From positions 1 to 58,209 of IMG/VR virus record IMGVR_UViG_3300034012_000235: a stretch of DNA of 58,209 nucleotides, one strand, 5' to 3'. Made by a program: the position numbers and the translations under genes. This stretch comes from a virus. Lineage: Duplodnaviria > Caudoviricetes. This document shows, one piece after another, positions 26,806 through 34,523 of this stretch (its first letter is position 1; every line of letters starts with the position of its first letter). The notes under the pieces are model-generated. The model saw only the letters and a program-made list of their open reading frames with translations. It was not told the origin of the DNA and ran no database searches.

Positions 26806-27132
26806 TCAGATGGCAGTGGTCTTGATGCTGTACACAGCGGTGGTCTTGGTGTGCTTGGCGATCATGTCGGCAGGGATGCTGAGTTCCTTGGCGATAGCCT
26901 TCCAGTCAACGGTGCTGCGGTTGGACTCGGTGTAAGCAGCAACATACGAAGCGCCAACCAACACCTTCTGACCAGACATTGAGGCCACATCCTTGAGTTC
27001 GTCCTTGATGGCATCGGCTTGCTTGGTCAACTCAGCGATCTTGGCGTTGAGAGCACCGAGCGTGTCGATCTTGACGCACTGCTCAACTCCGTTGAAGAAC
27101 TCAACTTGTGCGGGGGTCAGGGCTGCATTCAT
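26806..27132 (-). CDS. Hypothetical early protein with a coiled coil
   Basis: IDTLGALNAKIAELTKQADAIKDEL...RSTVDWKA; first gene after promoter copy 2. Confidence 0.7.
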   Translation of the reverse strand: MNAALTPAQVEFFNGVEQCVKIDTLGALNAKIAELTKQADAIKDELKDVASMSGQKVLVGASYVAAYTESNRSTVDWKAIAKELSIPADMIAKHTKTTAVYSIKTTAI

Positions 27133-27153
27133 TTCGCTATCCTTCACTGATCT

Positions 27154-27205
27154 ACTGCAACATCGCAGTGATGCTAGTGTAAGCGACAGTTTAAGTTGGC
27201 ATCAA
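27154..27205 (-). promoter_or_regulatory. Early promoter plus hairpin, copy 2 (TTGATG-N18-TACACT)
   Basis: Homologous to 25583-25634. Confidence 0.7.
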
Positions 27206-27216
27206 TAGGTTCCCGA

Positions 27217-27513
27217 CTACTTTGTGTGGTTAATCAACTCCAGAGTCTCCGCTAGTAGCTCTGCCTCCGTCACACCGTAGTGCCTGACGAAGGCCTTGGT
27301 GCCCATACCGTGGATACCCTCATTGCCGCGATGATGGTTCACGCAGAGTGGCACCACACTCATGTGGCCGCTACGCTTTCCCATGCCTGCACCATGCCGC
27401 GGGTGATGCAACTCCACCGTCCCCGGCTCATGCGGGGGATAGATACGCCTGCAGATAGCGCAGCCCAGTTCAGCTACGCGGCTCATGTGTTTCTTCTCTG
27501 CCAGTGTGGTCAT
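27217..27513 (-). CDS. Ref-like (recombination enhancement) HNH-family nuclease
   Basis: VAELGCAIC...ELHHPR...PLCVNHHRG...GIH. Confidence 0.75.
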   Translation of the reverse strand: MTTLAEKKHMSRVAELGCAICRRIYPPHEPGTVELHHPRHGAGMGKRSGHMSVVPLCVNHHRGNEGIHGMGTKAFVRHYGVTEAELLAETLELINHTK

Positions 27514-27839
27514 AGGACTGCCTTGATCTCCTGCCTGCTGCTGGCCTCTCTTGACCTCCACACGCCAATGCGTGCCTCTGCTGCTACCAGCCCCCACCTG
27601 ATCTCTTCTTCGGCCTCTACAGCGGCTTTAAGGCCCTCCAGCAGGGCAATGTACTCAGGGTCGGCGTATGCCTCACGCTCCTGTGCGGCCGCTGTCTGGT
27701 GACCGTTGACCTGGGCCTGCTGCATCAAGATCGACCTCTTTGATCGACGGAATTCTTCAAGGTACACCCTCTCGGCCTTAGCTTTGGCGTACTTCTTGCC
27801 ATGCTTAAAGATGTACTCGATTGCGTCATCTGGTTCCAT
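27510..27839 (-). CDS. Conserved helical phage protein
   Basis: AKAKAERVYLEEFR...AQEREAYADPEY...WRSREAS. Confidence 0.7.
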   Translation of the reverse strand: MEPDDAIEYIFKHGKKYAKAKAERVYLEEFRRSKRSILMQQAQVNGHQTAAAQEREAYADPEYIALLEGLKAAVEAEEEIRWGLVAAEARIGVWRSREASSRQEIKAVL

Positions 27840-27975
27840 GCCTGCGCTCCGATTCAATCAACAAGGCCTCCGCGAGGTCATACACATCGTCGGGATAGAC
27901 ATGCTTCTGCCCGCTAACGACCCCGGCGTGCATGATGAAGATCGCAAAGACATCCAACAGAGTCGGCTCTTTCAC
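27826..27975 (-). CDS. Small hypothetical protein
   Basis: GTG start overlapping the RuvC-like stop; TLLDVFA...YDLAEALL. Confidence 0.5.
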   Translation of the reverse strand: MKEPTLLDVFAIFIMHAGVVSGQKHVYPDDVYDLAEALLIESERRHGTR

Positions 27976-28430
27976 AACTCTTGGCGTCTGATCCACTCCG
28001 CCAGCAGCAGTGCCTCTGCTACGCCGTGGTCTTTTTTGCGGGTGAGGGGTGCTGTCTTCCATAGTTGCCTCGCAAGTTCCAAACTGGTGGATTTTTCTGC
28101 TGTCACGCCCATGTCCGCCTTCCACCTTTGCGGCCGAACGATGAACCACGGGTCACGGAATAGCTCTGTAACGGCTTCTATGGCCCCTACAGCACGCGCA
28201 AACGTGAAGGTTGAGGCTACCCCCTGCTTCGGCATGGAATGAACGTCCTCAACAACAAATATCGCGTCGTTGCTTCCGATCACTTGTCCAAGCTGATCCC
28301 GCAACTGGATAGCCTTGATCCGGCCGCCATCGTTAGGGATTGGTCCGCAGGCAACGTAATCACCGTGATGATTGATCACGCCCCAGGCACCAGAGACGGC
28401 TCCGGGGTCTAGCCCGATGAAGAGTCTCAT
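27972..28430 (-). CDS. RuvC-like Holliday junction resolvase
   Basis: IGLDPG...VVEDVHSMPKQGVASTFTF...PQRWK...DHGVAEALLLA. Confidence 0.8.
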   Translation of the reverse strand: MRLFIGLDPGAVSGAWGVINHHGDYVACGPIPNDGGRIKAIQLRDQLGQVIGSNDAIFVVEDVHSMPKQGVASTFTFARAVGAIEAVTELFRDPWFIVRPQRWKADMGVTAEKSTSLELARQLWKTAPLTRKKDHGVAEALLLAEWIRRQEL

Positions 28431-28705
28431 TGCCGCTGGGTAGGAATGCGGTTGCGGATTGCCTCTGCAGCATTGCGCAGGGCAGTGCAGAGTTCGCCCT
28501 CGTCTTCCTTCGTCGCCAGTTCGTCCACCAGATCAGCGCAGGCACCGCGCTCGATCATCACCACTTGTTTGCTGGTCTGGATCGCAACAGACATGATCTC
28601 GGCTTTCGCCGCGGCCAGTGCTTCTGTGAACTCCTGCTCGGTAAAGAGCTTCTGCCCCAGGCCTTGCGCGAAGAACTTTCGCTGGAAATCGCTCATCTCA
28701 GTCAT
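28427..28705 (-). CDS. Hypothetical protein
   Basis: 92 aa; ERGACADL motif; AGGAG SD. Confidence 0.65.
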   Translation of the reverse strand: MTEMSDFQRKFFAQGLGQKLFTEQEFTEALAAAKAEIMSVAIQTSKQVVMIERGACADLVDELATKEDEGELCTALRNAAEAIRNRIPTQRQ

Positions 28706-28919
28706 ACCACTCTCCTTTTTTTCCTTTGTTGCCTAACGACCACTGCTTCTTCGTGTCACGCTCAAGCGTAGATGTCGGATGCAGCTTCTTGAATCGCTCC
28801 AGCCATTCGTGCGCTGCTTGCTTGTCTTTGATCCGGTACTGAATAAGCCACCGGACGAGGCACTGATGCTTGAAAGTTAACAGTGACTCGTTCGTAGGCG
28901 TCGGTGTTGTCTGGCTCAC
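28698..28919 (-). CDS. Hypothetical protein (start uncertain)
   Basis: HQCLVRWLI...QWSLGNKG..GEW; coupled to the next gene. Confidence 0.55.
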   Translation of the reverse strand: MSQTTPTPTNESLLTFKHQCLVRWLIQYRIKDKQAAHEWLERFKKLHPTSTLERDTKKQWSLGNKGKKGEWYD

Positions 28920-29004
28920 AAAGCCTCTCCATCGTCATGTGACTCTCCTTCCAGTAGTACGCGCAGTTGTCTCGCTTCAGGCACCAGCCACCCATGCAGT
29001 TCAT
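28762..29004 (-). CDS. Cys-rich hypothetical protein
   Basis: CMGGWC...C...ERLC; coupled to the upstream gene; 3' half overlaps the next ORF. Confidence 0.5.
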   Translation of the reverse strand: MNCMGGWCLKRDNCAYYWKESHMTMERLCEPDNTDAYERVTVNFQASVPRPVAYSVPDQRQASSARMAGAIQEAASDIYA

Positions 29005-29693
29005 TTGGACTCCATGTACTCGCGTACTTTCTCAAGAGACTCACGCTTTAAGTCTTCAGTTCTGACGATCTCTTTGTTAACCGCGGGTTCATGGTTCACG
29101 GGAGACTTGATAGAAATCTTCAAGGCCTTCAGCTTCTCAATGGCTGCTGCTTTCGCGCTTGAACTCGACGCCTGCGCACCCAGCAACTTAGGTTGATCGT
29201 TCATGCTAAGCAAACCAGCAGCTTGAGCCGCCTGCATCTCAACCACTCGCCTGTCTTTGTCAAAACCCTCCGAAACGATCCACTCTGGCCTTCCAGAAAG
29301 ATTCAAGCCATCGTAAACAGCTTTGAATGCCATGCGGGCACCAACCTTGTCTCCGTCTTGGTAAACAGCCCTGCAGCGCTCCCAGGCGTACATGATCTCG
29401 TTCGTCCAGACCACAGTCTGGTTTTCATCCATTGCCTTCAAGGCAAGAGCCCAAGCCTCATCAGCAGTTGGATGACCTACCCAACACATCTTGATGAACT
29501 CAGGCAAGGTAGGAGGAAACGTCTTTGTCCGGCAGGCATCAATCCCAGACTGAAGTTCTTGAGGAGTCATCTTGCGAATCTCTGCATCCCACTCAGTCTT
29601 GATCTCGTTCATCGTCAGACCAAGGTTGGCGTACCTGTCTGCCCAGAGCTTGCCGTAGCGAACCAGAAAAAAGTGAAACAGCTTGTCAACCAT
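29001..29693 (-). CDS. Lambda P-like helicase loader / replication protein
   Basis: FPPTLPEFIKMC...PTADEAW...GDKVGARMAF; follows the initiator gene. Confidence 0.65.
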   Translation of the reverse strand: MVDKLFHFFLVRYGKLWADRYANLGLTMNEIKTEWDAEIRKMTPQELQSGIDACRTKTFPPTLPEFIKMCWVGHPTADEAWALALKAMDENQTVVWTNEIMYAWERCRAVYQDGDKVGARMAFKAVYDGLNLSGRPEWIVSEGFDKDRRVVEMQAAQAAGLLSMNDQPKLLGAQASSSSAKAAAIEKLKALKISIKSPVNHEPAVNKEIVRTEDLKRESLEKVREYMESK

Positions 29694-29696
29694 GAT

Positions 29697-30416
29697 TTAC
29701 TCCATGTCAATGACTTGAGTGTCAGAACGCAACCAGTCGTACTTGTCGGCAATAGGCTTCTGTCTCTCGTTAGGCTTCAGCCAAGAAGCCTCCAAGCCTT
29801 GAGACCCTCTGCGACACCAGACAGCAAGGAACTCCGACAGAGACATCCCGGCCTTCTCTGCTTCGTTACGAGCACCATCAATGACGGTCTGGGTTACGGT
29901 TGCACGCTTGGTCTTGCGTAGCTGAACCCAATCAACCCACACCTGTTGATCGACATCGGGAGGGCAGGCGATAGCCTGCTGGCGCTTTACCTTTGGTTCT
30001 TGGTTGCTGGTTGTTGGTTCATGGTTCTTGGTTGTTGGTTCATGGTTAGGGTTACGGCTGGGTTCGTCTGGGATGCCGCTGGCATCCGACTGGGAACCCA
30101 GTGGGTTCTTTGGCCTACCTCCAAGACTGCCGTTTCGCTTGTTTCTTTCGGCAAGCTGCTTGAACCTACAGATTTCCTGCTCACAACGGTCTTTTGTGTA
30201 CCCATCTGGGGTGCAGGCAAAGAAGTCATTGAGCACCAACTCAACCACTTCGGTTGCCACTCGCAACCGTCTGGAAACCCACTGGGTATCGAGCGGTATT
30301 GGCTTCTCACTGGTGTAGTACATATCGAGCAGACGTCGATACGCCAAGTCTTCCTCGTTTGAGAGGTGACTGGTGGAGGACAGATAGTCCCCGACATGGA
30401 ACTGGTAGTAATGCAT
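29697..30416 (-). CDS. Replication initiator (DUF1376/YdaU N-domain, lambda O-like)
   Basis: MHYYQFHVGDY...EDLAYRRLLDMYY; GGRP; internal iteron-like repeats; true start at 30416 with GAGGTG SD. Confidence 0.8.
   Translation of the reverse strand: MHYYQFHVGDYLSSTSHLSNEEDLAYRRLLDMYYTSEKPIPLDTQWVSRRLRVATEVVELVLNDFFACTPDGYTKDRCEQEICRFKQLAERNKRNGSLGGRPKNPLGSQSDASGIPDEPSRNPNHEPTTKNHEPTTSNQEPKVKRQQAIACPPDVDQQVWVDWVQLRKTKRATVTQTVIDGARNEAEKAGMSLSEFLAVWCRRGSQGLEASWLKPNERQKPIADKYDWLRSDTQVIDME
29992..30108. repeat. Putative replication origin: TGGTT repeat array and AACCCA.TGGGTT palindrome inside the initiator gene
   Basis: Run of TGGTT units at 29993-30047; GAACCCAGTGGGTTC near 30094-30108; a related AACCCACTGGGT near 30276. 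Confidence 0.6.
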
Positions 30417-30512
30417 GAACACCTCTAGCTCCACCTCTGAAGGAAACCGACGGCAGGCGGAGGTGTGACGCTTTTCGGGGAGGTAGCTACTCCTGCCCCT
30501 AGCCGGGTTTCG
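30417..30512 (-). promoter_or_regulatory. Structured cis-regulatory RNA leader of the initiator gene
   Basis: GAAACC/GGTTTC and CGGC/GCCG closing stems, two inner hairpins, loop CACCTC complementary to two downstream GAGGTG. Confidence 0.65.
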
Positions 30513-30519
30513 CAACACT

Positions 30520-30855
30520 TTAAGCCAACTCTGCCGGTTGCTGCAACTTTTTCTTGCCTACTCTTCCGGCCGCAGCGTTCTTGATCGACCTATCGTGGCG
30601 CTTCTCAATGTCGAACTGCCACTCGATGTGGACCCACTGATTGTGCTCGTTCAACAGGAAGAACCTCACAAGAACCGGGATGATGCAGTCCCAGTCCAGG
30701 CCTATCACCCTGCAAAGCTCTGCCTCATCGTTAGGCAGCGGCCCCTCCTCCTGATAGTACACATCCATCAGCCTGCGGTAGGCGAGATCCTCAGCATCAG
30801 GCAGACCGTAGGTCTCAATCTGATACGCCTTGAAATCAAACTTGTACCAGTTCAT
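30520..30855 (-). CDS. Short DUF1376-only paralogue
   Basis: MNWYKFDFKAY...EDLAYRRLMDVYY; aligns with the initiator N-terminus. Confidence 0.75.
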   Translation of the reverse strand: MNWYKFDFKAYQIETYGLPDAEDLAYRRLMDVYYQEEGPLPNDEAELCRVIGLDWDCIIPVLVRFFLLNEHNQWVHIEWQFDIEKRHDRSIKNAAAGRVGKKKLQQPAELA

Positions 30856-31058
30856 GGGGCACCAAAGATGTCTGGACGAAGTTCCATCCGATCCACCGCA
30901 CCTTCAGTGACTTGATGGATAGCGGTAGCCAGAGCCGGGGAACAAGGGACTCGTCCGTTGACTAGCAGGGACATCCAAGTCTCACTCACGCCGATTGTCC
31001 GAGCCAGCTTCTGCTGAGACCCTCGGCCTTGAGACTTCAACCATTCACGCAGGGACAT
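30852..31058 (-). CDS. Cro / YdaS-like HTH regulator
   Basis: QQKLARTIGVSETWMSLLVNG...ELRPDIFG; GGAGG SD; start at 31058. Confidence 0.8.
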   Translation of the reverse strand: MSLREWLKSQGRGSQQKLARTIGVSETWMSLLVNGRVPCSPALATAIHQVTEGAVDRMELRPDIFGAP

Positions 31059-31080
31059 AGAACCTCCAAAGTTTGATGTG

Positions 31081-31109
31081 ATCTTACACAAGTGTCTGAG
31101 TGTTGTAAA
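31081..31109 (-). promoter_or_regulatory. Leftward sigma70 promoter TTTACA-N17-TAAGAT
   Basis: ATCTTA 31081-86 and TGTAAA 31104-09 on the plus strand. Confidence 0.7.
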
Positions 31110-31114
31110 GGGTA

Positions 31115-31143
31115 TTGTATTGTTTCGTTAAACGCACTATGAT
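31115..31143 (+). promoter_or_regulatory. Rightward sigma70 promoter TTGTAT-N17-TATGAT
   Basis: Direct read; heads the only plus-strand operon. Confidence 0.7.
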
Positions 31144-31169
31144 CTGGGCACTTTGAAGGAGCGAAGGCA

Positions 31170-31304
31170 ATGACGTTAGACGAAGAAATCAGCGAAATGA
31201 TGCAAGACCTCCGGAAGAGACTGTCCGAAGCACTTGATCGGGCAGAAGCTGGTGAAGCTACAGCGCAAGACTGGATGCTGATCCGTAGACAACTTGGACT
31301 TTAA
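31170..31304 (+). CDS. Small helical early protein (44 aa; not in ORF track)
   Basis: MTLDEEISEMMQDLRKRLSEALDRAEAGEATAQDWMLIRRQLGL; AAGGAG SD. Confidence 0.65.
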   Translation: MTLDEEISEMMQDLRKRLSEALDRAEAGEATAQDWMLIRRQLGL

Positions 31305-31313
31305 GGAAACATC

Positions 31314-31970
31314 ATGGGACTCACAGCAAAAGCCTCTAGCGAATCATCATCATTCAAGCCTGTCCCCGCAGGCATGCACCTTGCCCGGTGCTATCGCATC
31401 ATCGATCTCGGGACTCAGACCACTGAGTGGCGGGGGAAGGAAAAGAAGAACTACAAGATCATGATGCTGTGGGAAGTCCACGGCGAAGACGATCACGGGG
31501 CGGCTCTGGTCACTGACCGCAACGAGCCGATGAGCATCTCCAAGAACTACACGATGAGCTTGGGCGAGATATCCACCCTGCGGGCTGACCTGAAGTCTTG
31601 GCGTGGCCGTGACTTCACTGAAGAAGAACTCCGCGGATTCCAGTTGAAGAACGTCCTGGGCGCGTGGTGCATGCTGACTGTTGCACGCACGACTGGTAAT
31701 GACGGCAAAGAGTATTCCAACGTCATGAGCGTCAACCCCGTACCTGCATCGATCAAGAAGGCCGGTCTTCCTGACGGGTTCAATGAGTTGGCAGTCTTTG
31801 ATCTGGACAGCCCTGACATGGCGCTGTTCGATACCTTCAGCGAGAAGCTCAAGGCAAAGATTCAAAACTCTCCTGAGTGGAAGGCTAAGGGCTCTGCATC
31901 GGAACAGTATCAGAAGCAGCAGAACGCCTCTGCATTCTCGGACGATGACGAGAATTCGATCCCGTTTTGA
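31314..31970 (+). CDS. Putative ssDNA-binding protein
   Basis: PAGMHLARCYRIIDLGTQ...; acidic C-terminal tip DDDENSIPF. Confidence 0.7.
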   Translation: MGLTAKASSESSSFKPVPAGMHLARCYRIIDLGTQTTEWRGKEKKNYKIMMLWEVHGEDDHGAALVTDRNEPMSISKNYTMSLGEISTLRADLKSWRGRDFTEEELRGFQLKNVLGAWCMLTVARTTGNDGKEYSNVMSVNPVPASIKKAGLPDGFNELAVFDLDSPDMALFDTFSEKLKAKIQNSPEWKAKGSASEQYQKQQNASAFSDDDENSIPF

Positions 31971-31999
31971 GTTAACCAAACAATAAATAGGAGAAGCGA

Positions 32000-32308
32000 A
32001 TGAGTTTTAACTTTCTGCACTTAGAGATCATTCGCTGGGCGGAAGCCCGGCAGATCATCCCCAACTCAACCCCCCAGGCTCAACTGTTGAAGACGATGGA
32101 AGAGCTTGGAGAACTCGTAGGCGCAGTAGTCCGCGGCAACCGGGCTGGCGCTATCGATGGGTTCGGGGATGTTCTGGTTACGTTGATCATTGCCTCAGAC
32201 TTGATGGACATTGACCTTCTGAAGGCCCTTGAGTCTTCTTACAACGAGATCAAAGACCGCAAGGGCACCATGATGCCTAACGGTGTCTTTGTGAAGGAGG
32301 ACAAATGA
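32000..32308 (+). CDS. MazG-like nucleotide pyrophosphohydrolase
   Basis: KTMEELGEL...DGFGDVLVTL...YNEIKDRKG. Confidence 0.85.
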   Translation: MSFNFLHLEIIRWAEARQIIPNSTPQAQLLKTMEELGELVGAVVRGNRAGAIDGFGDVLVTLIIASDLMDIDLLKALESSYNEIKDRKGTMMPNGVFVKEDK

Positions 32309-32499
32309 ACGCTTGGGCCAAGATCAAGGCGTTGTTCCAACCGCCTTCTGCTGAAGTGCTGGCTGCGCAAGAGTACGACCATGCCCGCAGAGCCCTTCTA
32401 GAGGCTCACAGCGCCCGCGAATACGCTGAGGCAATGGTGACGTACCACCAGAACCGCATCGAACGTCTGAAGGCCACGTTGGCTGGGGAGGGAGCATGA
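32305..32499 (+). CDS. Hypothetical protein
   Basis: PSAEVLAAQE...YHQNRIERL; coupled. Confidence 0.65.
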   Translation: MNAWAKIKALFQPPSAEVLAAQEYDHARRALLEAHSAREYAEAMVTYHQNRIERLKATLAGEGA

Positions 32500-32744
32500 A
32501 AGAAGAAACCTACATCTTTGACGACGGCACCGAGCCGACCGTCCGCCGCATGCCCAAGGGGTGTGACCAACAAGGCCGGTATCCCGAGGCCGCTGAGGCG
32601 GCGACCGAGATCGGTCAGGACGAGCCCAATTTTTACGGGCGAGAGTTCTGGAAGTCGGAGGTCATCGACGCTCTGATTTTCGCCATCGGCTTGGTGGCGT
32701 GCGCTGGCGCTGTGGTGCTGGTGTTTGGTGGGGGTGCGGCATGA
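32496..32744 (+). CDS. Hypothetical membrane protein
   Basis: GCDQQGRYPEAAEAATE, C-terminal TM segment. Confidence 0.65.
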   Translation: MKEETYIFDDGTEPTVRRMPKGCDQQGRYPEAAEAATEIGQDEPNFYGREFWKSEVIDALIFAIGLVACAGAVVLVFGGGAA

Positions 32745-32875
32745 AACAGAAGTACGAAGGCCAAGGACTTGAGCGGTTTTTGCGCACCCTGATTACCTTC
32801 GCCATCGTCGGCATGGTGTCGGTGCTGGGGTGGACTGTTTACTCGATTTGGGGGGCCGTGACATGTCCGACCTGA
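32741..32875 (+). CDS. Small membrane protein (44 aa; not in ORF track)
   Basis: MKQKYEGQGLERFLRTLITFAIVGMVSVLGWTVYSIWGAVTCPT; ATGA overlap. Confidence 0.55.
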   Translation: MKQKYEGQGLERFLRTLITFAIVGMVSVLGWTVYSIWGAVTCPT

Positions 32876-33231
32876 GAGACGCTGCGCGTCAGGCGCTGGA
32901 GGCGTTGAAACTTGCCATCGGCGTGTTGTCTGATGAGGACGAAACTGAGAGCAATGCGGTGCGGGCGTCTATCAAGGCTCTCAAAGCTGCGCTGGAGCAG
33001 CCGGATCAGGCCGAGCCGGTGGATGCAGAAGCCGCGCTACGGTTCGCACTGGCCCAGCGAGATTGGGCATTCAAACAATTGCAGGCGCAACCGGACCGCC
33101 GCGAGTGGCGAGGGTTGACGGAGGAAGAGATTGCCAAGTGCTGGCACGACACGCCCGGTCAGCAGGGCGGATGGAATCTGGCGTTCACCCGCGCCATCGA
33201 GGCCGCTTTAAGGAGCAAGAACCATGAGTGA
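32863..33231 (+). CDS. Hypothetical protein
   Basis: LRDAARQALEAL...WRGLTEEEI...RAIEAALRSKN. Confidence 0.65.
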   Translation: MSDLRDAARQALEALKLAIGVLSDEDETESNAVRASIKALKAALEQPDQAEPVDAEAALRFALAQRDWAFKQLQAQPDRREWRGLTEEEIAKCWHDTPGQQGGWNLAFTRAIEAALRSKNHE

Positions 33232-33454
33232 ACAACCCGAAGCCCTGCGGTTGGCTGATCAGCTGATAGCGTATCTGGGCGGGAATACGGCAGCGCAAGC
33301 CGCCGCCGAACTGCGCCGCCTGCACGCCCTGAACGGGGAACTGCTGGAGGCGTTGAAGCAAGCATTTGAAGAATGCATTTGGCCGAATGAGCGGTTATCC
33401 GATGTGCATGACAAAGCCCGCGCCGCCATCGCACGGGCGGAGGGGAAGGTATGA
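33224..33454 (+). CDS. Hypothetical protein
   Basis: QPEALRLAD...AAAELRRLH...ARAAIARAEG. Confidence 0.65.
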   Translation: MSEQPEALRLADQLIAYLGGNTAAQAAAELRRLHALNGELLEALKQAFEECIWPNERLSDVHDKARAAIARAEGKV

Positions 33455-33657
33455 CCCGCGACGACATCATCAATCTGGCACGCCAGCACGGCAAGCCCGT
33501 ACAGGAGCAGAACGCCGAAGTCGAATACCTGTTCACGCTTGAGGGCGTCAACGCGCTGCTCGCTGCCGAGCGCGAGGCGTGTGCGAAGGTGGTAGAGCAC
33601 TACCGCAGCGACTGGGACATGGCGGACACTATCCGCGCAAGGGGGCAGGAAGCATGA
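33451..33657 (+). CDS. Hypothetical protein
   Basis: MTRDDII...AEREACAK...IRARG. Confidence 0.65.
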   Translation: MTRDDIINLARQHGKPVQEQNAEVEYLFTLEGVNALLAAEREACAKVVEHYRSDWDMADTIRARGQEA

Positions 33658-33851
33658 AAGTCACACTTGAATTCAACCTGCCGGAAGAGAAGCAAGAATC
33701 AGAACTAGCTATGAACGCCGGAGAACTGTACTCCACGCTCAATCAAGTGAATCACATTCTGAGGGCTTGCCTCAAGCACGATGGTGATGCGAGAGACGCA
33801 GCCACTGGATGCCGCTCTTTGATCTCTGATGTTCTCGGGAGGTTTGAATGA
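33654..33851 (+). CDS. Hypothetical protein
   Basis: MKVTLEFNLPEE; ATGA overlap. Confidence 0.65.
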   Translation: MKVTLEFNLPEEKQESELAMNAGELYSTLNQVNHILRACLKHDGDARDAATGCRSLISDVLGRFE

Positions 33852-34072
33852 ACCTCACTGATTGGTTCCCTGGCTCAGCCAAGCCCGTTCGCAGGGGCGT
33901 GTACCAGCGGCAGTACCCACACTTCTCCAAGACAACCGTACCCCAGTATTGCTATTGGAACGGCAAAAGATGGGGCATGGGTGAGCATTCCGTAGAACAG
34001 GCCATGCGGCATGAGGATGCGTTCATGGTCGCACCCCGTCAATGTCTTCCTTGGAGAGGAGTTCTGAAGTGA
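33848..34072 (+). CDS. Hypothetical protein
   Basis: LTDWFPGSAKPVRRGVY...WRG. Confidence 0.65.
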   Translation: MNLTDWFPGSAKPVRRGVYQRQYPHFSKTTVPQYCYWNGKRWGMGEHSVEQAMRHEDAFMVAPRQCLPWRGVLK

Positions 34073-34314
34073 AGTACAAGAACTTGGAGTTCTGCCAGAA
34101 GGATGGACGAGATCCAGAGATTATCTGCTGGGTTAAGCAAGAAGGCCGTGATCCGTTTTGCTACACCGTTCTTTGGTGGAGGCGAGGTAAAGAAGGGTGG
34201 CACATTGAGTTCGTAGATGCCCGCCCGCTTGAGCAGGAAAGAGAAGACATCTGGAACCTGATGAAGTACGGCCAGTCCGTCTTGGATGCCATGTTTGAAC
34301 TGGAGCAAGCATGA
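34069..34314 (+). CDS. Hypothetical protein
   Basis: GTGA overlap start; KYKNLEF...FCYTV. Confidence 0.55.
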   Translation: MKYKNLEFCQKDGRDPEIICWVKQEGRDPFCYTVLWWRRGKEGWHIEFVDARPLEQEREDIWNLMKYGQSVLDAMFELEQA

Positions 34315-34523
34315 TCAGCAGCAACATCTACAAGTACAAGCCGCAAGACTTTGCACGCTGTGAGAGCAATCCTTCGCTTGATCAATGTAAGAAGTGCGGC
34401 AGAAACGTACACATGAATCCTGTGCACCCCGACAGCGTATGGCAGACATGGATAGGACCGTGGACAGGTCACGGGCCTTGCCCTAATGGAGATTTCATGG
34501 AGATCAAGAATGCTGACAGCTAA
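34311..34523 (+). CDS. Cys-rich hypothetical protein
   Basis: DFARC...CKKC...C; coupled. Confidence 0.55.
   Translation: MISSNIYKYKPQDFARCESNPSLDQCKKCGRNVHMNPVHPDSVWQTWIGPWTGHGPCPNGDFMEIKNADS

Noticed and set aside
28762-28919. 158-nt same-strand overlap suggesting a programmed frameshift
   Set aside because: No convincing slippery site or stimulatory structure seen; an uncertain start or a lost stop codon explains it more simply.
30417-30518. 34-aa N-terminal extension of the initiator in the ORF track
   Set aside because: The DUF1376 motif and SD place the start at 30416; the upstream sequence is better explained as an RNA leader.
31350-31979. 209-aa minus-strand ORF spanning the SSB-like gene
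   Set aside because: Antisense shadow; the plus-strand ORF has the SD and conserved motifs.
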